IMG/VR virus record: IMGVR_UViG_3300045988_145460
Strand: one strand, 5' to 3'
Origin: a virus
DNA length: 33,977 nt
Below are positions 7,504-14,152 of the stretch, piece after piece. The number at the start of each line of letters is the position of its first letter. Position 1 is the stretch's first letter. The notes beneath the pieces were generated by a model. That model was not told where the DNA came from. It did no database searches and saw nothing but the letters and a program-made list of their open reading frames with translations. The position numbers and the translations under genes were made by a program.

Positions 7504-8315
7504 TGGATGTTCTAAAAGATATTGAAAGAAAAAAGCTACTAGATAAAATCTGTGAAGTGCACTCTTGCCAATTATGGGAGAGTCCGGTAGTTATTGCTGG
7601 AAAATTGAAATATTTGCAGGTATGCCCTGAGTGTGAAAAAGAAGAAATCAAACAAATTGAGCACAAGTTAAATAATAAGGCAGCAATCAATTCGAAATTA
7701 GCTAAAACATTTGAAGTATTCAATCGCTTCAGCTTATTTCCTGCTGAGTTGATTGGGAAAAATCTAGATAACTTTAGCACTGATAATCAGAGTGCAGAGC
7801 AAGGTTTAAATTTTTCAAAAAGGATGCTAAGAGACTATGTGAAGGGAGAAACAGGAAATGTGATTATCACTGGGCCTCCTGGAGTCGGTAAGAGTCATCT
7901 ATCAATTGCTTTAGCTTCTGCTCTGAACAATAAATTCAAGGACATAGGTACTCCTAAAAGTATTATTTTCGTATCGGTAACTAGACTGTTTACTGAGATA
8001 GAAAATAGCTTTGGTGGAAAAGGCGACTTTACAGAAAGTCATGCTGTAGAAATGTTTAGCAATGTAGATTATCTCTTTCTCGATGATCTGGGGAAAGAGA
8101 GTAGCATGAGTGATACTCTCAAACAAGCAAATGAATGGAGACAAAGGGTTCTATTCAAGATCTTGGACAATCGACAGACGACTTTTATAAATACTAACTT
8201 ATCTAGTAGCGATATCAAAAAAATTTATAATCCAGCACTTGCAGATAGAATTTTCAAAGGTGCGAGTAAACATATTTTTAAATTCCCTGATGGGATGGAA
8301 AGCAGAAGGTATTAA
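7503..8315 (+). CDS. DnaC/IstB-like AAA+ helicase loader
   Basis: Walker A GPPGVGKSH and Walker B LFLDDLG. N-terminal Cys pairs (CEVHSC...CPEC). ATG overlaps the upstream stop. Confidence 0.85.
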   Translation: MDVLKDIERKKLLDKICEVHSCQLWESPVVIAGKLKYLQVCPECEKEEIKQIEHKLNNKAAINSKLAKTFEVFNRFSLFPAELIGKNLDNFSTDNQSAEQGLNFSKRMLRDYVKGETGNVIITGPPGVGKSHLSIALASALNNKFKDIGTPKSIIFVSVTRLFTEIENSFGGKGDFTESHAVEMFSNVDYLFLDDLGKESSMSDTLKQANEWRQRVLFKILDNRQTTFINTNLSSSDIKKIYNPALADRIFKGASKHIFKFPDGMESRRY

Positions 8316-8806
8316 TGGAAAACAAGAGATTAATTGAGTTAATTAAGAAAACTCAAAAATGGTTTTATGATCGTAATTTACAGACTCAGAATCCTGATAA
8401 ACAATTTTTAAAATTGTTTGAGGAAATTGGGGAATTAGCTAGTGGGCTAGCAAAAAAACAAGATGACGTTATAAAAGATAGCATCGGAGACATTGCTGTA
8501 GTGTTAATTGGCCTTACTCTACAATTGGGAATTGATACGAAAGAAGTATTTCCACATACAGAATCAGTTCCTTCTACGAATTCTAACAAGGAAGAAGATC
8601 ATTTTATTTTATTGCTAGATCAATCAGTTGCTGCTTACTTTAGTCGCCAAAATTATCAATTAAAAAATGTAGCATTTGAATTGATTCGAGTATCTAAGTT
8701 TTTGAATATCGATTTTACAGAGTGTTTAGGTTTGGCATACGAAGAGATCAAAGATCGAACAGGGCGCTTAGTTGACGGTGTTTGGGTGAAAGAAGAGGAT
8801 TTGTGA
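8315..8806 (+). CDS. MazG-like nucleotide pyrophosphohydrolase
   Basis: Acidic helix motifs LFEEIGELASG and DSIGDIAVVLIGL are typical of the MazG all-alpha NTP-PPase fold. Confidence 0.65.
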   Translation: MENKRLIELIKKTQKWFYDRNLQTQNPDKQFLKLFEEIGELASGLAKKQDDVIKDSIGDIAVVLIGLTLQLGIDTKEVFPHTESVPSTNSNKEEDHFILLLDQSVAAYFSRQNYQLKNVAFELIRVSKFLNIDFTECLGLAYEEIKDRTGRLVDGVWVKEEDL

Positions 8807-9123
8807 TGGGCGAAAACAAAGTGAAACAGTATGATACTATCAACAACCCCAGTCATTATCATGGGAAAAATGGGATGGAAGCAATTGATGTGATAGAAAA
8901 CTTCATAGGTGATTTAGCAGGAAAGGCAGGATGGGCCTGGGGCAATTCAATGAAATACCTCTTACGATTCCAAAAGAAGAACGGCATAGAGGATGTAAAA
9001 AAAGCCTTCCGGAATTTGGTATGGGTTCTTGAGGAAATCGCAGGTAAAAAAGAATCTTTAGCCTTCCTCAGTTCTTTAGTGAAGGAGTTAGAGAATGAGC
9101 AAGTACACAAAGAATCAGATTGA
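8806..9123 (+). CDS. DUF3310-family phage protein
   Basis: NPSHYHGKNGMEAIDVIE...GNSMKYLLRF pattern. ATG 8806 overlaps the upstream TGA (TGATG). Confidence 0.65.
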   Translation: MGENKVKQYDTINNPSHYHGKNGMEAIDVIENFIGDLAGKAGWAWGNSMKYLLRFQKKNGIEDVKKAFRNLVWVLEEIAGKKESLAFLSSLVKELENEQVHKESD

Positions 9124-9490
9124 ACATGCTAAACAACAAGTGCAATTACTCCTAGCAAGTCGAGGTATGACTAGGAAACAATTATCCTTTGAATTAGGAT
9201 ATGGGAGTGATGCAGTTACTTCATGGTTAAATGGTAGAGTGCAATTAGGAGAGTTTCAAGTTCAATGTCTTTGTGATTATTTTGGTGTGACAGAGAGTTC
9301 CATAGTTGGGGATCCTGAAGAGTTAGCAGATTACAAATTGTATAAAGATGGCAGGTACATCTGTCGAGGACCACTTAAAGAATTGAGTCACATTAGTGGC
9401 AAAGATGCAGGTATGCTTAAGTATTATGCAGAATTGCATGCTCAAGGCAAAAAAACAGGAAATCTAACTGTGGTTAGAAGTGAGGAATAA
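9095..9490 (+). CDS. XRE-like HTH domain protein (131 aa)
   Basis: MTRKQLSFELGYGSDAVTSWLNGR helix-turn-helix pattern, with a GGAG RBS. Confidence 0.55.
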   Translation: MSKYTKNQIEHAKQQVQLLLASRGMTRKQLSFELGYGSDAVTSWLNGRVQLGEFQVQCLCDYFGVTESSIVGDPEELADYKLYKDGRYICRGPLKELSHISGKDAGMLKYYAELHAQGKKTGNLTVVRSEE

Positions 9491-9492
9491 TA

Positions 9493-10011
9493 ATGAATAT
9501 AGAAGATTTAATTCAAAAATATGAAAATCTTGAGGGTGTATGGAACGCAAATGGGGCAGAAATAGCTCGTCAATGCTTTTTAAGAGACTTGAAACAATTG
9601 AATAAAATAGATACGAAAAAAGTCACAGTCCCTCAGTATGTTGCGGATTGGTACGAAGAAAACAAAGATGATTTTGAAGGAAATTTGTTTCGATGTGTCT
9701 ATGAACTTTCCAAAAAACGAAATGATAATGAACTAACAAAATTTGAAGAATGGATTATTGATAGTGAAACCGAATCGTTTCTAACCCTTGTCAACATGCA
9801 CCAATTTGGCTACGAGGTCGAGAAAGAGAAGCGGTACACGGTAAAGATGAGAGCGACAAAACAACCGCTATTTTATAATAATATGTACGAGAAAATATTT
9901 TTTTCTTTGGGGGAATTAGCTACTCGATTTACACGTAAAGAACTAGAAGGAGCTGGACTCGGTTGGGTGTTTGATTGCCCAGGTGTTGAAGTAGAAGAGG
10001 TGGAAGGATGA
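9493..10011 (+). CDS. DUF1642-family phage protein (paralog 1)
   Basis: Shares KVTVPQYVADWY, GYEVEKEKRY and ELEGAGLGWVFDCPGVEVEEV blocks with the next ORF. Confidence 0.65.
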   Translation: MNIEDLIQKYENLEGVWNANGAEIARQCFLRDLKQLNKIDTKKVTVPQYVADWYEENKDDFEGNLFRCVYELSKKRNDNELTKFEEWIIDSETESFLTLVNMHQFGYEVEKEKRYTVKMRATKQPLFYNNMYEKIFFSLGELATRFTRKELEGAGLGWVFDCPGVEVEEVEG

Positions 10012-10535
10012 ATAAAAAAGAGCTGATTGAGAGTATTTCTCATTTACCTTCAGATTGCAGCGGACCAAGACCGATGATTGATAAATTAACAGCGTTGGAA
10101 TTGATTAAGTTGCTAGACGAACCGCAGAAAGTCACAGTACCGCAGTTTGTGGCGGATTATATTAAATATGCCATAGAGAATGATTGGGATTTTCAAGATT
10201 TATTTAAGTGTATAGAAGATGAAGAAGATGAAGAACTTCTGAGATGGGTTTATCACGAACGTAATCAAGAAACGCTTGCTGCCGCTTGGATCAATGGCTA
10301 CACAGTCGAGAAAGAGAAGCAGTATTATGTAAGATTTAAAGGGATGGAAAGTGATGATTTTAATTACTTAAACTTTATCAAATTTCAACACGCTTGGGTG
10401 TTATCGTCGTTAAAAATTGACAAGAAATTTCGTACAGAACACACTCGCAAAGAGCTTGAAGATGCTGGTTTTGGTTGGGTGTTTGATTGTGATGGTATAG
10501 AAGTTGAGGAGGTGCAAGATGATTCCAAGATTTAG
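10008..10535 (+). CDS. DUF1642-family phage protein (paralog 2)
   Basis: KVTVPQFVADYI, GYTVEKEKQY and ELEDAGFGWVFDCDGIEVEEV. The start overlaps the upstream stop (ATGA). Confidence 0.65.
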   Translation: MNKKELIESISHLPSDCSGPRPMIDKLTALELIKLLDEPQKVTVPQFVADYIKYAIENDWDFQDLFKCIEDEEDEELLRWVYHERNQETLAAAWINGYTVEKEKQYYVRFKGMESDDFNYLNFIKFQHAWVLSSLKIDKKFRTEHTRKELEDAGFGWVFDCDGIEVEEVQDDSKI

Positions 10536-10944
10536 AGGGTTATCCATTGACGAAAACAGCAAAGGTAAAATGCAATATGGTTATCTGATTGCAGATGGTG
10601 AACAAGCTTTTATTATCAATGAAGTAGTAGAAGCCAATGAGCAATACATCACTATAGGCTCTTGGTGTCCTGTAGATCCAAAAACAATTGGACAATCCAC
10701 AGGCCCATTCGATAAGAATGGGAAGGAGATCTTCGAGGGGGATGTTATCGCTATAGAAGTGGACGACACTGGGACGCCAATAAATGCAAGAGTTTTCCAA
10801 AATAGCAAGATAGGCGTTTTGATGTTCCATGTTTTTGAAGACAACGAAGATGTCCCGATGGTAGAGTTGCTAGAAGATAATTCGGTGGCGTTCGAAATCA
10901 TCGGCAACATTTACGAAAATCCAGAATTGCTGGAGGAAAAATGA
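10519..10944 (+). CDS. YopX-family phage protein
   Basis: MIPRFRG..., GKEIFEGDVI and FEIIGNIYENPELLE are hallmark YopX motifs. The start is set at the internal ATG 10519. Confidence 0.8.
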   Translation: MIPRFRGLSIDENSKGKMQYGYLIADGEQAFIINEVVEANEQYITIGSWCPVDPKTIGQSTGPFDKNGKEIFEGDVIAIEVDDTGTPINARVFQNSKIGVLMFHVFEDNEDVPMVELLEDNSVAFEIIGNIYENPELLEEK

Positions 10945-11075
10945 TGAACTTACAAAACTTTATCTATTTACTATTCGGTCTAGTCTGGCTATCTGGTTTG
11001 ATTTGGGCCATTTTGGTTGCTGTTCTATCAAATATAGAGGATGATAAAAAAGATGAAATTAGAGACATTAGTTAA
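10941..11075 (+). CDS. Unlisted 44-aa small membrane protein
   Basis: ATG 10941 overlaps the YopX stop (ATGA). It encodes MMNLQNFIYLLFGLVWLSGLIWAILVAVLSNIEDDKKDEIRDIS, one hydrophobic helix plus a charged tail. Below the ORF-track length cutoff. Confidence 0.45.
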   Translation: MMNLQNFIYLLFGLVWLSGLIWAILVAVLSNIEDDKKDEIRDIS

Positions 11076-11247
11076 AACAAGAAATGCCTATCAAAAAAGA
11101 CTAGAAGATGAGAAATTGTTCATATCTTTATGTAATCAAATAGGAAAACAAAATGCCACAGCGAACAAAGAATGGATGAAACGTAAAGTCAGAGATTTAG
11201 ACAAGGAGATTGAAGAGTATGAACAAAAATCAATTACTGATTGTTAA
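11053..11247 (+). CDS. Hypothetical coiled-coil protein
   Basis: ORF in the operon orientation. The start is uncertain: ATG 11041 has no usable SD spacing, and 11053 lies 12 nt after GAGG. Confidence 0.4.
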   Translation: MKLETLVKTRNAYQKRLEDEKLFISLCNQIGKQNATANKEWMKRKVRDLDKEIEEYEQKSITDC

Positions 11248-11500
11248 TATTGCAGCTCTATTCTTAATATTCTTTCTATCAAGCATAAATCTAAACACAC
11301 GAATAAGAAAACTTGAGCAAGAAAATAGGGATTTGCAATGGGAAGTAGAAGAGCACGAATTAAGTATCCAACGAATGGCTGAAAAAAATACAATGCAGGA
11401 TACTATTCTAAATAAATTAAATCGTGAATATCAAATGCGTGAGCATGAACGAGCTCAGAAGCTGAAAGAAATTGCCGAACAGAACGGAGTAGGAGGATAA
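11219..11500 (+). CDS. Membrane-anchored coiled-coil protein (93 aa)
   Basis: AAGGAG lies 10 nt before ATG 11219. N-terminal helix [18 protein letters not shown], then a heptad-like charged region. Confidence 0.55.
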   Translation: MNKNQLLIVNIAALFLIFFLSSINLNTRIRKLEQENRDLQWEVEEHELSIQRMAEKNTMQDTILNKLNREYQMREHERAQKLKEIAEQNGVGG

Positions 11501-11505
11501 GAATA

Positions 11506-11920
11506 ATGATTAATAACGTAACTTTGATCGGAAGATTAACAAAGGATGTGGAGTTGAAACGTACTCCTTCAGATATTGCTACCGCACAATTTACAATAGC
11601 TTGCAACCGGAATTTTAAAAACGCCAATGGTGAATACGATGCAGATTTTGTAAATTGCGTGATGTGGCGTGAACAAGCTGAACGCTTTGCAAGCTGGACC
11701 AAGAAAGGGTACCTTGTAGCAATTGTTGGGCGTATCCAAACAAGAAACTATGAAGGAACAGATGGTAGACGTATATATGTTACAGAGGTTGTAGCAGAGA
11801 ATTTTCAAATTCTAGAAAAAACGTGATAATTCCAGCAATCAAAATTCGATGATGGAACAAATGCCACCTTCCCATGCTTCAAATCCAATGGATATCAGCG
11901 ACGATGATTTACCATTTTAG
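11506..11920 (+). pseudogene. ssb: Single-stranded DNA-binding protein split by a frameshift at an A6 tract
   Basis: The OB-fold N-terminus ([21 protein letters not shown]...) stops at TGA 11824. The +1 frame from 11822 encodes [32 protein letters not shown]-stop, the canonical acidic SSB tail. The junction is GAAAAAAC at 11815-11822. Confidence 0.85.
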
Positions 11921-11929
11921 GAGGTATAT

Positions 11930-12124
11930 ATGATTATATTTGATGATTTCTATCGTGAAGAAGTTCGACGATGCTACAAAGAGATTGAAGCTCTAAAGAT
12001 AGAAAACGAAAGTCTAAAAGAAAGAATAAATCACTTTATACGCTGCTCATGTGATAGCGAATGGAAAAAGATCGTTAAAGATTTTAAGATTAAGAAACAA
12101 AATCGGAAGTGGAAAGCAAGATAG
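11930..12124 (+). CDS. Hypothetical small protein (64 aa)
   Basis: Strong RBS TAGGAGGT 8 nt upstream. Coiled-coil-like, with a basic tail. Confidence 0.6.
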   Translation: MIIFDDFYREEVRRCYKEIEALKIENESLKERINHFIRCSCDSEWKKIVKDFKIKKQNRKWKAR

Positions 12125-12162
12125 AATAAGTGATGTAGCGATTCAGGAAACGGAGGTGAAGA

Positions 12163-12612
12163 ATGCAGCTTTTTGATGATATCGATGAAAAAGAAACAAT
12201 AAGGAGAGCTAAGAAAAAGCTCTCAGAATATCCACGCTGGAGAGAAATAGCATGTGATGACCCAATTCAAAAAGTAACGCAGGAATTCACATTTCAACCC
12301 AGGGGAGGAGCAGGACCTAATAAAGCTGTCGAAAAATTAGCAGTTCGACGTGTTGATGCAATGATTGAGTTAGAAGAAATTGAACAAGCGGTAAGCAGGC
12401 TATTCAATCCTACTTATCGGTATATACTATTTTCCAAGTTTCTTAAAAATCAAAAAGATCTAAACTACGAAATTTACAACTATCTAGGTATAGAGAGGAC
12501 TAAATTTCAGGAACTGTACAACAATGCTTTATTAGCGTTTGCAGAGCAGTATCGAGATGCTGTGCTAGTATGTAATAAAAAAAACGGTATTTTTGCGGCA
12601 AAAATACGGTAA
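12163..12612 (+). CDS. ArpU-family late transcriptional regulator
   Basis: KKKLSEYPRWREIA...VDAMIELEEIEQAVSRL...YRYILFSKFL pattern. Position is the last early gene before the packaging genes. Confidence 0.75.
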   Translation: MQLFDDIDEKETIRRAKKKLSEYPRWREIACDDPIQKVTQEFTFQPRGGAGPNKAVEKLAVRRVDAMIELEEIEQAVSRLFNPTYRYILFSKFLKNQKDLNYEIYNYLGIERTKFQELYNNALLAFAEQYRDAVLVCNKKNGIFAAKIR

Positions 12613-12627
12613 ACATAACACAAAATA

Positions 12628-12639
12628 TGACTTAAAATA
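12628..12639. repeat. Left arm of a perfect 12-bp inverted repeat (TGACTTAAAATA)
   Basis: Exact reverse complement of 12761-12772. The arms are 121 nt apart. Confidence 0.8.
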
Positions 12640-12705
12640 GTATTATCAGAAAATGAAGGCGGTGGCCTGGTAGTTTTTTGTAGATCTCCTAATAGTATTT
12701 TTGGT

Positions 12706-12760
12706 TAGCTGTTCACCAGAGAAATTCGGGGTGGCATGGGTTCGAATCCCATACAGCTAA
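12706..12760 (+). ncRNA. tRNA-like minihelix (acceptor stem plus T-arm only), not a canonical tRNA
   Basis: TAGCTGT (12706-12712) pairs 7/7 with ACAGCTA (12753-12759). T-arm ATGGG-TTCGAAT-CCCAT at 12736-12752. Only 23 nt lie where the D and anticodon arms would be. Confidence 0.35.
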
Positions 12761-12772
12761 TATTTTAAGTCA
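12761..12772. repeat. Right arm of the 12-bp inverted repeat (TATTTTAAGTCA)
   Basis: Reverse complement of 12628-12639. Overlaps the 5' arm of the terminator hairpin. Confidence 0.8.
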
Positions 12773-12799
12773 GTTCTATTGGACTGACTATTTTTATTT
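12768..12799 (+). terminator. Intrinsic terminator directly upstream of the recombinase RBS
   Basis: Stem AGTCAGT / ACTGACT (12768-12774 / 12783-12789) with an 8-nt loop, followed by ATTTTTATTT. Confidence 0.6.
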
Positions 12800-12814
12800 G
12801 AAAGGAGTAGGTAA

Positions 12815-13381
12815 ATGCGTAAAGTAGAACCGATTCGGGATACAGATGATATTGAACGCATGAAGGATTACTTAAAGAGTAAGAATGAACGAGACTATGT
12901 AATGATGGTTACAGGGCTGTATTCAGGAATGCGAGTTAGTGATATCCTGCCCTTGAAAGTAAGAAGTGTTAAAGGAACTCACATTGAAGTGACGGAACGA
13001 AAGACTGGTAAAACAAAGAGATTCGCTATTAACCCAGCTCTAAGAAAAGCCCTGGATCATTATATAAAAGAAAATGAATTAAAGGATTATGATTACTTGT
13101 TCCCTTCGAGAAAGAAGGTTAACAATGAAGGACTTAGAATAACACATATTGGTAGAGTGGCAGCATATCAGATCTTGAGGGATGCAGGAGAGCATATTGG
13201 TTTAACAAATATCGGAACACACTCTATGAGGAAAACGTTTGGATACCATCACTACAGAAAGAATCAAAATGTTGGAATATTGATGGAGTTATTTAATCAT
13301 TCTTCACCAGATATCACACTGGGTTATATAGGGTTTAAGCAGGATGAGCTAGATAATAGCATGCTGAATTTTGCTTATTAA
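12815..13381 (+). CDS. Catalytic-core-only tyrosine recombinase (188 aa), a second recombinase in the element
   Basis: Intact catalytic set: SGMRVSD (Arg), KTGKTKRF (Lys), HSMRKTF (His-x-x-Arg), NHSSPDITLGYIG (His...Tyr). No N-terminal arm-binding or core-binding domain. AAGGAG RBS. Confidence 0.8.
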   Translation: MRKVEPIRDTDDIERMKDYLKSKNERDYVMMVTGLYSGMRVSDILPLKVRSVKGTHIEVTERKTGKTKRFAINPALRKALDHYIKENELKDYDYLFPSRKKVNNEGLRITHIGRVAAYQILRDAGEHIGLTNIGTHSMRKTFGYHHYRKNQNVGILMELFNHSSPDITLGYIGFKQDELDNSMLNFAY

Positions 13382-13510
13382 GGCTATGTATTTAACAAAA
13401 TGAGATAAAGTAAATTCATTTATTGATGATGGCTCACTTATATATGAGAGAGTAAGGTAGAAAGGCTCATGCTTCAAATTAACAGAATATAAGATATGTT
13501 AAATTCAAAG

Positions 13511-13558
13511 ACCCTCCCCCTCTAATAAAATAACACCCATCAACTTAAAAATACCAGG
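13511..13558 (+). repeat. C-rich imperfect direct repeat, unit A
   Basis: ACCCTCCCCCTCTAAT...AAAATAACACCC...AATACCAGG. Each sub-block has a counterpart in unit B. Confidence 0.6.
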
Positions 13559-13570
13559 CCTAATTATTAC

Positions 13571-13636
13571 ACCCTCCCTCATTAATTTACTCCCCCCTAT
13601 CTAACAAAATAATACCCCCCACTATTCAATACCAGG
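13571..13636 (+). repeat. C-rich imperfect direct repeat, unit B
   Basis: ACCCTCCCTCATTAAT...AAAATAATACCCCCC...AATACCAGG. Confidence 0.6.
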
Positions 13637-13670
13637 GGATTGATACCGAATAAGGGAACGAGGGTAAGGT

Positions 13671-14051
13671 GTGCAGGATGATATAAAACAGAGAAGACAA
13701 TCGAGGTATACAATGAAAGAACTACGGGCAGACCGTAATGGACCACATCGAGTAGCATTTGAAAAGAATAAGAAGATACTACTCAAGACTCAGAATACCT
13801 GTGGGATCTGTGGTCAACCTGTAGATAAATCACTCAGGTATCCCCACCCACTATCCCCAGTGATAGACCACATCATTCCAGTGAATAGGAATGGACATCC
13901 ATCAGACATCAAGAACTTACAGCTTGCGCATTGGCAATGCAATAGACAAAAGTCTGATAAGTTATATGCTGAACAAAATTTTGAAAAAAATGCAATTGTT
14001 GGAAATCGCAATTTGCCACAATCAACCAATTGGCTGAAATACCACAGTTGA
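13671..14051 (+). CDS. HNH endonuclease
   Basis: CGICGQ...DHIIPVNRNGHPSDIKNLQLAHWQCNRQKSDK (HNH/His-Me finger with Cys pairs). GTG start with GAGGG 6 nt upstream. Confidence 0.85.
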   Translation: MQDDIKQRRQSRYTMKELRADRNGPHRVAFEKNKKILLKTQNTCGICGQPVDKSLRYPHPLSPVIDHIIPVNRNGHPSDIKNLQLAHWQCNRQKSDKLYAEQNFEKNAIVGNRNLPQSTNWLKYHS

Positions 14052-14052
14052 C

Positions 14053-14099
14053 CCAGAACTGATAGGGGGGGTTACCCCCTCCCCTCGGTTCTGGCCGAG
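14053..14099. repeat. GC-rich nested palindromic element (candidate cos/packaging site or terminator)
   Basis: CCAGAAC / GTTCTGG (14053-14059 / 14088-14094) encloses G7-TTA-C5 and ACCCCCTCCCCTC. An overlapping hairpin CTCGG-TTCTGG-CCGAG lies at 14084-14099. The composition is strikingly GC-rich for this AT-rich element. Confidence 0.5.
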
Positions 14100-14152
14100 C
14101 TTCACGCCGTCACTGTACATATTTTCTCACGCCAAAACGAAAGGATAAGAAA

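Noticed and set aside
5221-11808. Minus-strand ORFs scattered through the early region (for example 5221-5445, 5868-6158, 7045-7287, 7460-7780, 7911-8144, 8386-8589, 8656-8862, 8859-9110, 10540-10910, 11403-11702, 11569-11808)
   Set aside because: All are antisense to a tightly packed, translationally coupled plus-strand operon. None has an RBS or a recognisable motif.
12671-12760. Canonical phage-encoded tRNA gene (GGTTCGAATCC T-loop, with a possible 90-nt class II fold using TAGTTTT as the 5' acceptor strand)
   Set aside because: I could not build a D-arm, as there is no GG-containing D-loop and no complementary D-stem. The only anticodon-like stem has a 9-nt loop. The best acceptor pairing (12706-12712) leaves just 23 nt for two arms. 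It is kept only as a tRNA-like minihelix, pending tRNAscan-SE or ARAGORN.
13639-13646. TTGATACC in the C-rich region as a fifth integrase arm-type site
   Set aside because: It is only an 8-mer partial match (TTGATACCG rather than TGATACCCA), a single copy, and far from att. It is consistent with chance.
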